Shown: piece by piece, positions 1 through 12,540 of the stretch | Layout of the letters: each line of letters begins with the position of its first letter | Numbering within the stretch: the stretch's first letter is position 1 | DNA from: Bispira polyomma | Lineage: Eukaryota | NCBI GenBank assembly: GCA_965649765.1 | Contig: OZ287751.1 | Span: 83,390,001-83,454,000 of the forward strand | Direction: 5' to 3' | DNA length: 64,000 bases | The notes under the pieces: model-generated | Seen by the model: only the letters and a program-made list of their open reading frames with translations | Database searches by the model: none | Told to the model about the DNA's origin: nothing | Position numbers and translations under genes: made by a program

Positions 1-1784
1 TACCGCCATGCCACAGTCAAATACTCATAAAAAAAGAAAACCCTATCTTGAAAATGATCAATATGGTAAATTGGCCGAGCAAAAAGGAGGTCTGATCAGT
101 CGGACGACCAAAATGAATCTGAGGCGTGCAAGCACCAACAGAAGTGAGAACACTTCCTGCGCATGCGCGGGCCTCTTTGTGAGAGTAAAAATTAAGAAAC
201 AAGAATAGTCTTTATAAAAAAGACTTTTGGTCGAGCAATTATTCAAAATGAATAAAAACACTTAGTGAGGATAAGGTAAGGATATTTATCGCAATAAAAA
301 GTACCTTTGTTGCAATATGGTTTTACTAAATTAGGTTCTGAATAATAAATACGATTGATGCGATAATTATTTCTATAGAATTGGTATAACACTATGTACA
401 CCATTTTCTCTGGTGGATAAAGAATTTGAAAAGTTTTAACTCTGTGCACTGTATAAGATTAATTAATCAACACAGACACTTTACACTGCAGCCTATATAT
501 CTTACTCATAATTTGGTCTGTATTGTGTGATATTCTCTTTGTTTTGTGAAGGTGCACTGAAGGTGGGAGAATTCTTTCTCTGTATTGAAAAATAAACAAG
601 GTTTTTCTCTGTATTAAAAAAGAAACAATCTTTATTATTGGAGTATGAATACTGTTAAGGACTTAACAGACCGCCCACGACACGACACGGCACGACGTTT
701 TTTTAGAGATTTCTCTAAGGCCAGTTGCAGTGTCATGCTGGGACCAGTCTGAGTAATCAATATATATTGTCTTGTGCTTTTATTTTTATTTTGTGTCCTG
801 GGAGGTCTGTAAAAGCAATTTAATAGTGACTATATTTATAATTTGTATGTATATTTAGTAAATATCTGTAGTAAATATTATTAAAAAAAATCTCTGTTAA
901 TAAATGTTTGTAAATATTTATCCAACCAGCTTAGTGTATATAATTGTTGTGCCTCATAAGCACCAACTGTTGGATTTTTTTGGGGGCGTGGTTTGGGGGG
1001 CAGGGGATGTTTTTTTATTTATGTCTACAACACTGTAATATTTATTACAGATGACATTATGATAAATAACTTTCTATCTTTTTCTGTCTCTGTACATACA
1101 AGGGTGAACATAAGTACAGACAGGCACCATTCTTCAAACTCCTGGCACTAACTGGACCACGTGACAATGGCAAGTGTGATATGTGTGATGGATTGTTTGG
1201 TCCACAAACTACTCGGTACAGACTACAAATTTAACTAAAGAATCTTTTTTTCAAAAGAAAAATTATCAAACAGTTTGATTCGGTAGTCTTGCACAAACAA
1301 ACAAACAAAAAAAAATAAATAAAATAAACCCAACTGTTGTGTGCAATTAATTAATTAGGAGGCTGTGGATTTTTATAGAATGATTGAAACCCCCCCCCCC
1401 CCCCAACAACTTATAAATGTAGAAACAAATGAAGTGAGCAAAATGACAAAGACATAATCTAATTAAGCGTCATTTATTCTTGCTTTCAGCTTTAGTTTTT
1501 GGATTTTAGCATGGCTTTCCTGCATACATGTCATGGCTGGGGTTTGAAACGATGACTGCAGAGCTAGGGGGCAAGTGTGTTACCAGTACACCACCGAGGC
1601 CATTTTGACTAGCAAAGAAAAAGCCTACATATTCAATGGAAAAACGTTCACAAATTGCATTTAGAAGACAGTGGTTTTCTATACAATTATTAAGAAAACA
1701 GAATGTAAAGTGAATAAACAGTTTTCTTTACATCAAAAGTTAATGGAGTATATTAAATTTAGATTTATTTTAAATTTAGTATAA

Positions 1785-2010
1785 TTGGGGTTTATCTTTA
1801 ACGTCACTTTTAACATGGTTTGTTTCATATCATAACAGTCAGTTTACTGTTGCAGGAAACCAAATCAGAGCAGGGTAGTTAGTGAAGGTTTAATGGTCTG
1901 TGAACCATCGGCCTTCAGTATATCTACTGCCAAGTTTCCCACACACATGTCAGGGCTGAGCTTCAAACCCATGACTGCAAAGGTTTGGGATGAGTGTGTT
2001 ACCACTGAAC
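1785..2010 (-). mobile_element. tRNA-derived SINE, same family as 9715
   Basis: Reverse complement aligns by eye with 9715-9935 over its full length. Confidence 0.7.
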
Positions 2011-3176
2011 AAAATAAGTCCCCTTTTACTAGCAAATCTTTTTTGTTGTTGTTACTGGAACATTGTTTGAGTATACAATGTAAACATATCAATTAGGAGG
2101 TGGTACATTTTAATACAATTATAAAGAAAATAGAATGTCATCTCTGTAAACATGTCCCTTTGTCCAAAGTCTATTAGATGACAAAAAACAGAAGCTAGTT
2201 CCATTAATCATTCTTTTAGAAATGAGAAAACAAAACAAAAAAAAAAATGTTCTAATGAAAAGGCGATAATGAAAAAAAAAAAAAAACAAAAAAAAAAAAA
2301 ACGAAAAACAAGTAAGTCTTCATGACAATGGCAAATATTAGGTTGCACCTTAACCTATTTACGTTATAAATAATGTACGGCACTAGACAAAGATCACGTA
2401 TACACTGATAAGTTGTCTATTAGAACAACAACACTTCCGGGAACTCATACCATAAAGCCTTTAATAATAGACACAAACCTTGTATTGCTTTCTAAATTAA
2501 TGTAAAAATGTCTCCCAACGACTCATCAACTGTATCTAAGTTTTATCAGTAACTTTTAGTTGTATACAAATGACAATTATAATTTAAGGCCACACTAACT
2601 TAGTTAACTTCAAATTAATTAATAAACTCTGTCTTATGCAAATGTAGTACAAACAGACTTAAAAACGTAATTTCTTGTTTAAGTTCAATTCGTTTTAAGT
2701 TTAGGTAACTTCAAACACCTTAAGATGGTCTTAATTACTGCAGTGTACATATGACATTGATATCTAAAACATGCCTGCAATTACAACATTATTTTTAGAA
2801 AAATGCAAACACAGTAAGTAAAAAAATCCAAACACATTAAGTTAAAAAATCAAGACTTTTGAATGCTATCAGCTAATGTACATATTACTTTTCTTATAAG
2901 CTTTAGAGGAAACATGTACACATAATGTAATTGTATGAACAAGAAGCGTCCTCAGTAGAGGGCATACATCAGCACAGGACCAAAAAGTGAAAACAATTCT
3001 CATTGCTGGATCCATGTTTCTTTGACCGATTCCTTCCTTGGTTCATGCTGTATCCCTCTACCCAATTAATGTAGCACCGCATTAGTTTTTCTGTGATCCT
3101 GGCAATCCAATCCATGAAGGCATTACATATTTCCAACATGACCACCTTTTTCAGAATGAAATCAAGATCCGGCTAT

Positions 3177-3373
3177 GCCTGATAAAAATAGATTTGTGAA
3201 AGTGTATTTAGAACATTGTTTCTATTTTCGGAATCTGTGCTGCCATTTGGAAGCCAATGGGAGAGCTTGCCTTAACCAGTACATCATGTCATCAGACAGT
3301 TAGTCAGTGGTTTGGACCGGTACTTAACCACCATATAAAGCCAGGTTGTGAATTGTTTATGACTGTGGTGTGA
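3177..3373 (+). repeat. 197-bp dispersed repeat; inverted copy at 36001-36197
   Basis: Ungapped match, about 13 mismatches by manual count. Confidence 0.92.
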
Positions 3374-6300
3374 CAGTCACAATTCTTTGAAGTTCAAACA
3401 AGTAATCAAATCAAGGTGTGACCTGAGTGGTTAAAAAGGGACTTTCCTATGACGTAGTAAAGTCATAAAAATGTGCCACAAATAAAAGCATAACTCCCAT
3501 TAGCTTTGGGGAAAAAACAGAAACCCCTCGTAAATATCGCAAAAATGACTTCAAACTCTACCTCATTGACTACAGACGAGTATTATAACCATTTTAGAAC
3601 AGAGCGGGTTTGCTGCAGTATTTTTAAAGTTGTGGCTTAGTCGAGGATGTAAAAGTAATTACAAATTTATATTTGAAAAAGAAAAATTCTTTTTAGGGCT
3701 AAAACATAATATGCACAAAAGAGGTTCATATTTGCTGAACTATTTGTACTGGTTCTTTGATTATATATTCTGAAATTGATGAATTCATGTGTACAGATCT
3801 GTGAATGAATGCATCAATGGCCCTGTAATGTCTTTTTTGGGGTGGGTAATAATTTAATCAGTACGACAGTAAATGGTTCTTCAGCTGCATTACATCCTCT
3901 AAATCTATGACTGTATTCCAGAAAAACACTACTCTTCATAAACTCAACTTAAACTAAGGCGAATAGTCTCTGCATCTCCTGTGACAGTCCACTTAATGCC
4001 AAATATGATTACTTATTTGGATATTCAGCATCAGATCATATTTATCAAATTATAGTGGCTTTAAGTAAGGATTATATCTATGTACTATTACTTCTGCGGT
4101 GTCTTTATTTGACTTAAGTACCCGGTTTAGCTTACCCATGGAAATACCCATGCACTAATATGACAATTGTTCCACCACAGCATTTTCTGTTTATAACTGA
4201 TAGACTGGCATCTGGAAAAGTGGTCAAACAAATTTGAAATTTTTTTTGGCATTGGATGATCATACTATATCAGGACAATTGATTGTCTGAGAAAAAGCTA
4301 TGCCCTGGGCATGGTCCCATATGTCCCAAGAACTTCTTTAGACCTGGTAACCTGGTGGTTATTAACGTCTGCTTCACCTCTAAAGACAGTGGATTTGATT
4401 CCCAATGTGTCTTCTTTGTTGGCAAGGTTTGTCTGGTACTTGCCTTAGGGATCGTGGTTTCCAGTATACAGAGTACTAGGTTCTTTCACCAATAACTCTG
4501 GCTGTTACAATGTGTCCAGAGATGTTGAATGTGATATTAAAGTAAATTCCATATCTTAAAATAACCTGCAATTAAGATAATTTGACCAAACTGTTGCAGT
4601 ATGCAGTATCTATGATGATTGTGTAACCAAGTTGTAGAAATATACGCCATTATTATCAAGTGCATGTTATTTAAGAAGCATTTTTCTGGTAGCTCATTCG
4701 ATAACTTGGGTGCAGTGTATGAGAAACTATGATTTAAAATATAAATTTTTAGAAGTAATGTAAACTTGAAAAAAAAGTCAGCCAGCTTGTCTGACAGAAA
4801 ATACTTACACACACTCATAAATAGAAAAGGTGACTACATGTACCAAACTATTGTGAAATGCAGTATTCATATCTATTATTAACCTTGTTGCTCTACAAGT
4901 CACCCCTCTCGAAAAAACCCCCATTTCTATAAACTAAATGCACCAAGCTTCCTGTAACAGACCAGGATACAATCTTATCTACATATAAGATCTGAGCAGA
5001 TGTGTTTTATGTCTGTAACACAAGTGTTTTGTCCTCAGCTGGTTTACCCTGTTCACACACACACAACACTGCTATTTTCTAATAACACCACACTTGTGGT
5101 GTCCTTGGTCTTACACTTTGGGTTTAATTCAATCTACACATCCAGACAATGGACTTTTAGTGCATTTCTATTATCAGCGACCTTTGCTTGTCTCCAGTGG
5201 CACCCTTTTTCTACTTGTTGTTATGCTTGTTTTGTATGTGTGGTGAGCTCTTCAATATCATCTTTAGAGATCACAGTTAGGCTACTACACTAACCAACAA
5301 AGAATTGCAACTTGCAAGTGGTATGTGTTGTGGGGTAAATGATGTGGCTTTGTGTCTCTTTTGTTTTGACTCTTATTCTAAGAGTCACAGAATACAATGA
5401 GTAACATATATGTTCTCTCTTTTTATACAATGAAAACACCTAATTTATTCACTAACACAGTATAGTAAGCCTCTTAATTATAGCTACACAGAAAGCAAAA
5501 TAAAAAAAATTACAATAAGGCAAAGCTGGTAGTCCCATCAAATTGAATAAAACTTAACACTTCTAGTAGTTGTGCCAGGATCTTGCACAAACTTAAAAAT
5601 AACCCAACATATACTTTAGTGTTTTGCAATACTAAATAATTAAAGCACTGATTTTGCTGTTGCACTTTAAAAGATGCCTAGCATCAATAAAGCGTGTTAA
5701 AAATCAATAATTATAATAGTGGCAGAGCAAGTCAAACAGAAGAGAATATGACTGAAAAAATAGAGCATTTTGAAAGAAAACGTTAAACGCAGTGTGCTTT
5801 TTAATAAAAAATACTTGTCAATTCAAATGACTGTTACTGCAAGAAACAATTGCCTGAATATGCAATAGGGCGTTTTATTGCCTATAATGTTACAAGGGAT
5901 TCAATAAAACATAAGCTCTTGTTGTGTCCATCAGAGAGGAAGTAAATGAGAAGTTATGATCAAGCTATGTCCAAATTTAAAGTTTCCTGCAATAAAAAAC
6001 CTCTCAAAATACATCACAAGGTCTTATTGCTGCAAAGCATGACGGTGAAACATATAGGTAAAATGCAACCTAGAAGTGAGATAGATGCAATAAAACAATA
6101 TAGAATTTTGCTATGCAATACTTGTTTTTATAGAACAGCATTTTTATATTTGTCAAACTACAAGGGCGCTTACTAAAACCCTGCGCCAAATTGCCCACAT
6201 TGCCGAGAAGTATGGAATTAAATGGAGCTTTCATTTTAAGCCAGATCTGCCCCAAAATTTAAAGGTTTGTTCATTAGTTCCCAAAATGCATCAGCAAATC

Positions 6301-9300
6301 GTACTACCAATTAAAGGTAAATTAAAATAAATTTCTAACCACAATGGCATAAATGTTTCATATTTAGGATTTATATGCACACAGTTGTATGATATATTGC
6401 AAGTAAGAATACAGTTTTGAAGGGAGACATACTAAAACCTGTACCTGACGGGAATAGCTAAACCTCAATAACAAATAATAATATAATAACACCAAGAGTC
6501 ATGGACTTGGTCGAAATAAGTCATGTGACTTGCTTTCATCTCAGTGATTAACTACAATCAAATCATTTGGCTTTGTGGTTGGTTCTGAAGGGTAGACAGC
6601 TCTCTGGAGTGTGTGTGTGGAGAAATGCTAATAAACACATGGGATGGTTTAGATACATCACACACCTTAGATTAAGATGATTCATAAAAATCTTATAACA
6701 TTATTGTTTTTTATTTTTTAAAAAGTTATTAATCTAGCACAAATGTTGCTTAACTTGATCTATTATGAAGTCTGCCAGAATTTTCTCTTATCTCTTTGTA
6801 ATAATGAAAAAGGGGGCTTTCTGTTATAGAAAAAGAAGCCATATACCATTGTCTTTTGTTTTAATAACAATCATTTGATATTAAGAAGTTTCCTCTAGTG
6901 AGGTTCCTTCAGAAGTATTATAAAGGGTTGTTTCCCTTTTCTAAACATAAGGTAAGTGGGTTAAGTGGGGCACGTTGTAATGTTTCTTAATATTTGTCAC
7001 AAAACTCAAGCTTGTCGCCATAGAATGTTGTTTGTTTGGTATCAGCAATGACCACAATTTAGGCCATATTTATACCGTTTCTATACATCTACAAATAATT
7101 AAATGCTTACATTTTGTCAAAGACTGCAGGAAATAATGTTTCAGGGTCCATAACTATCAAATATATTAAACTTAATGTCACACGAAAATCAAAATCCGTT
7201 CTGCTCTGTTTTTGTGTACAAGAAAGCTATTTAAAACCTGACAATATATCTGAGTTCATCACTAAAGAAAGTTCTATTAAACTGAGTGGTAACATGTCAG
7301 TGGTTATTGTGATTAATAGAAAAATGTATACATGTGGTATTTGTATTTGAGCATCACTTTTAAGTTAAATACCTTTCATAAATACCGCCCAGATGTATTA
7401 ATCTTTGTCACTGTGTTACAGGTTGACTGGGAATTGACGTTAAGTATTTAATTTAGTGTAGGTTTAGAGTTGGTTAAGATAATCTTCCAACAAGAAACAA
7501 ATGGCAATTATCACAGACCTGACTACCTGTCTGTTTACCCTTTCGTTTAAGCCACATATCATTTGTACTATGTGTAACTGTAATACTGCCTAAAAGCACT
7601 TTGATGCAATGGGTGTTTGTTGAAGTTAGTCTTAAGTGTGGATAGGGGGATTGTGGTTCATAGTGCAGCTTCTGGGTAGCATCATCCTGTTATTAAGTTG
7701 TACTTTTTGTCTAAAGTATACACCCATTTTATGGTCTAGTAATATTCTAGGATTGAGGTCAGTAACACCACTAGTTCATGTCAAGGCCTTATGCCCTGCT
7801 CAAACTAATCCGGATTGATCCGGATTGTGGATTAAACCAGATTCAGTGTCCAGACTATAGAATTTAATCTGGGTTATAAAAACCTTCGATTTTAAATGGG
7901 CAGAGAGGCAAGATTTGTATCCAGTAAAGTTAGTTAAATTATCATGGGTGATATTATGTGTTCTCTTATGAGTTATTCTTCAAACTAAAATGAATTTATG
8001 CGAAAAAGCCCCTGATTTCCTAAGCCATTACCTTTTTTAGCACAATGGAGAAGGATTCTGTTTGATCTGGACCAAAACCAGTTGGACTAACCCGGTATCT
8101 GATTCAACCTGCATACATTTCATAGTCTAAACGCAGGATTAATGATTCTGTCAGGTGTCCGAGATTTCTCTGGATCCCCTCTATATAGTTTTACTATCTA
8201 ATCTAAACACTTATTCTATGGGGGTGATGTTCTACAAATGGGTCTTAAGTGACTGTGCAGCTTAAAGAGTTCTTGGCATTTGGGTATTATTTAGTAGGTT
8301 TTTAGACAACATAAAAGTTTGAAATACAAGTGCTTACAAGGGGGTTTCTGCATCCTGGATGAAGCCAAACCTTTAGAACAAATTATAATTGTATATATAA
8401 TTGTAGTATAACTTACCAAGCCACTGTAAATGTAGAAAACACGAGCTGGAATATGTTTCACTAGTGTAAATTGCTAACAATAATTCACAATATATACTTC
8501 TCTAGATAGAGTTTTAAAATTGAAGATATGGAGTTTAGATGGACACTCTATTGAGACGTTTCCTTATAATTCAAGGTTAACAATATTTTCTATTCCTACA
8601 TGTGTGACCTAGGCTTTAGCCATGGAACGTCTGCCCAGGCATCTTAACAATTAAATGCAACTGATAAAGTATATGATACAGTCTATTACTATCCATATCT
8701 TGTCAAGATCAATATAAAGGCAATGAAATGAGTTAAGATAAACAATATGACATGGAAATTACCCATATACTAGAAATGGTGTTGCTAGGTTAGCTAAGAG
8801 GAGTAGCTAGAATGACCATACCACAATGTACCATTAAAACAGCCCATCTCTAGCTTCTAAACACCATTGTACAATTCTCAGAAGTGAACTTAGGCCATAG
8901 AAGTAGGTTATCTCAGATCTAATAGTACTACCTTAGGGGAAAAATAACTAGCACCATCTGGGTTTCTTTTTCTTTTATTGGAAAGTAGCATCTCTCCATA
9001 AATACTACTGGTAAGACATGTTATCAACCCTAATGAAGAGACATTGGCTATGGCTTATATAATTTATAACTATAAAGTGAGTTATAACTGTGTATTTCTG
9101 ATAGATAGGAATGTAAGTGAACTTATACTAATAAAAATAAAAGAAATATTTATTGATCAAGTTTCTTTATATAATACCATATATCTCCCTTTTTTTCTCT
9201 CTCTTTTTTAATCTTTACATAAACAAAAATCCATGTGAATATTCTATCATTTGCTGATGACACATCACAACTTAGCCTCCAACACCCATCATTATACTGT

Positions 9301-9714
9301 CCACCATTCTCCCTCCACATTTGCATCACAAATCTTTCACTTTAAACAATGCAATGTCTGTTTATGAGGATCAGATTGGCGGGTGGGAGAAAGAAATATA
9401 CAGGCATTAATCACTGATAATGTAGCCTAGACAAGGGTTAATAAAGAAAAACTGGACTTCTAGTTAGTAGTTACAAAGACACACAGTGCCAACTCCCCCC
9501 CCCCCCCCCCCCTAGATGTGAGCACAACTCACCATTCTTCAGTGTTATTAATCAGATAAAAAGGTTTATTCCAAGTGCCTGCATCTGATAACGTGAATCT
9601 GTCCTCTCCATCCCTACTTATACATCGTACTCACTGAGTAGTGAATTAAAAAAATCCAAGGAAATAAGATTGCCTTAAAGGTTGAATTTGTGCTCAGTCT
9701 TTCGGAAGATATTG

Positions 9715-9935
9715 CGATGTAGTGGTAAAACACACTGACATGCCGCCTTAGCAGTCGTCGGTTTGAATTTCAGCCCTAGTGTGTACGTGGGAAAATTGGC
9801 AGTGAACTGGCTGAAGGCTGACTGTTAGCACAGCAAAAAACCTTAAACAACTAGCCTACTCTGATTTCCTTTACCACTGAACAGCCAGTCGTTACATACC
9901 ATAGCATGTGTTAAAAGCAATGTCAAACCCACCTA
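9715..9935 (+). mobile_element. tRNA-derived SINE (family with GTGGGAAAGTTGGCAGT body)
   Basis: Degenerate A/B boxes, shared body and TGTTAAAAG..TGTCAAAC tail. Related copies at ~1785-2010(-), ~1510-1602(-), ~4335-4535(+), ~18105-18715(-), ~25315-25460(+) and ~28960-29108(+). Confidence 0.7.
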
Positions 9936-11439
9936 ACCTGAACAAGTTAAACAAAATATGTAATAATATATTACATTAACTATATTCACAAAACGTTTTA
10001 TTCTAGAGTGAAAAATTATTTATTATAGTGCCACCTGCATATACATAAAACATTTACTATAACATATTAGCTAGGCAGCCAGCCCAACATAATCTGGGCT
10101 GATGAGGCACTGCTTACAGATACATTTTAGATTTACAGCATATAATATATAAACTATGACTGTATACAATTTACATAGTATACAAGTAACAGTATACATC
10201 AAGCAAAATATAAATTTACAGTACATTCATTAGGTTAGTTTATTAATGCACATTACAGAGGTTTTTCTCATATTTACCATTTGTGGGTTATTTGGATTAT
10301 TTGTGACTGTTTTGTGTGTACCCTACACACTTTTAAGGACTCTATTGAATGTACCCTGATGTAGCAACCCATAGTAGCTTGTTGGAGTAAAGACAAAAGC
10401 CATGCTATGATATGGTCCATTAATAAAGTTTTACTTCGTCAAGTATTTTCTAGAATGGGTACACAACAAATGATTTCTCATAAAGCCAACCTTCTACTAG
10501 ATATAACCAATTGTTAGCCTTTTCATTGACCTTCACCTTATGATGTGTTATATACCAACACATGTCACAAGGGTGTTCAGACTTTCAGGTTTTGCTCTAA
10601 CCCATATGCACAGGAACCAGAATAAAAAAGGTGGCATCAAAGGCCGCTTGTTATTGACCAGCTGATGGGAAGATCGGATTTCACAGTAAACTGAAGTCAT
10701 TGTTTTTGTCAGCTATCAGACCGCAGACTAAGTTTGGTGAGTAACTAACTGTATTTGTACTAGTTCTCTGACCTAAAAGAATACAGACAAAAACTACTAC
10801 TTCAGCCTCATCATTTGTATTCAGATATATACCCAGTGAATATACCTACCTTCATCTGGTATTCAGAGCACTAACTTACTCTTTCCTGACTGCAACAGTC
10901 AACTGCATCAGTTGCAGTCATTCCCCTAACTGAAAAGAGAGGCTTGAGGATAGGTATTTATCAATGCCTCTAAAGATCTTTAGCCTACCGCTGGGGATAT
11001 AGGACCCAGTGACAGAGGACACCGCAGTTTTAAGTGGTCATCGGTACCACTAGCGGTCGGTACCGAGAGTAGATTCTGGGACCTTCCATTCATGAGACAC
11101 CTTGGCGGATCTATGAGCTCTACTAAGACTTATTTATTTTTTTTAACATGTATTATTTATTTACAAATAAAGTTGTTTTTTTTCATAAATATCGCCATTT
11201 TCTACATTTTACTAGCGTTACATGTCACAGCAACCTGGCTGGCTCTCTATAACCACTAAGCCATGAGAGACCAACAAGTATTGCACTATATATATAATAT
11301 ATTATAAAGAAATGCTTAGTTGTAAAGGCAGTGTTATCTCCCAGATGCTATAGTTTTAATAAAAACTCACTTTCAAAGCTGATTAATTAACTCCCTACCC
11401 TATATAAGAAACACTTCCATGCAACTTTTCTTGTTTATT

Positions 11440-11720
11440 TAAAGGCTCCATTGGCTACCTATCAAGTACCGCATCATCTTCAAGACCAATTTTGCTACAT
11501 ACAAAGCGGTAAACCTTTGTCAGCTCCCATATCAGACTCTGATACCAGTACCAGTGAACGAATTGGATCCTATGCATTTTCTGTTGCAGTACCAACACTA
11601 TGGAATAATTTTCTCGCCAATATATGATCCCAGAAACCTTACTGGTTTTAGAAGCAACCTTAAAGAGCCATCTCTTTACCCTTACTTACTCCATAGACAT
11701 CTTTCTCCTCCACCTAAGCC
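11440..11720 (+). mobile_element. Old L2 LINE 3' remnant
   Basis: HWLPIKYRIIFK and LWNN...FRSNLK-like ORF2 C-terminal motifs. Similar to 42560-42800. Confidence 0.6.
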
Positions 11721-12309
11721 GTTCTACTGTGGCTTATTAATTAACCTAAACAGGAAAGCTACAGAAGAGGCATAATATAAAGATGACCAAATCATTTCCT
11801 GGTTGGGTTTTATAAAAAATGAACGGGTATATGTGTTACCTGTAATTATTGGTACACCTTGGTTGTAGAATCATTTGGCAGAGACCCCTGAATGGGTAAC
11901 CCCAGTAGCTAGATCCTGTCCACCCCATTAGGTGTATCATGTTTTTAATTGATAAATAATCTCCATGATTACAGCTTGAAGGAGATTGTTAGTGCTCAGT
12001 GGTTTTGCATAAAGTGTAGTTGAGGGATCAACTACCTTTAAGATAAGAATCTAAATTTGAAAAAAAATGATGGTGGGCTAAAGGTGAACATATTCTTTTA
12101 TTATTACTCAGTTTTATCTAGATTTTAAACAGTTTTTCTCTTACCCAATAATTTAAGTGCCACCATAACCTAAAACTTGTAATAATCCTAAGTTGATTAA
12201 GGTACACCTTTAGATTGATAACCATTTTCAAGTGTAATGAAGGTAACCTTAGGTGGCCCTAAGTCAGCTAGTCTGTGCATAAACATCCTGGTGTCAGGTT
12301 TTTATCTAG

Positions 12310-12540
12310 AACAAGAGTTTTCTTTAAAAAAAAAGACACAGGCGCCCAGTGTGAAATACATTAATGTTGATATGGCCACTATATACTCTGGCCCCGCTAG
12401 ATATCCCTACAGAATTTAATCTGACTCCCCTCAGTTTGGACGATTAGGCCTTACATAATATTTCTAAGATAGCAAAACCCTTTTCAAAGATGGAGGTGCC
12501 CTTTTCAGAATCAAAACAATATCAGGCTGCGCCTAATAAT
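12310..12540 (+). mobile_element. Helentron/HINE-like non-autonomous element, family 2
   Basis: ACAAGAG start, CCCCTCAGTTTGG core and a 3' hairpin ATCAGGC-TGC-GCCT(G/A)AT. Copies at 25473-25650(+) and 36185-36600(-), partial copies at ~3100-3187(+) and ~35935-35985(-). Classification is inference. Confidence 0.55.

Noticed and set aside
1102-1235. Short frame with CxxC (GKCDMCDG)
   Set aside because: Only ~43 codons, no recognisable family and no convincing partner exons.
10078-10120. Hammerhead ribozyme (hairpin followed by CTGATGAG)
   Set aside because: No stem II plus GAAA and no NUH cleavage triplet in the required position.
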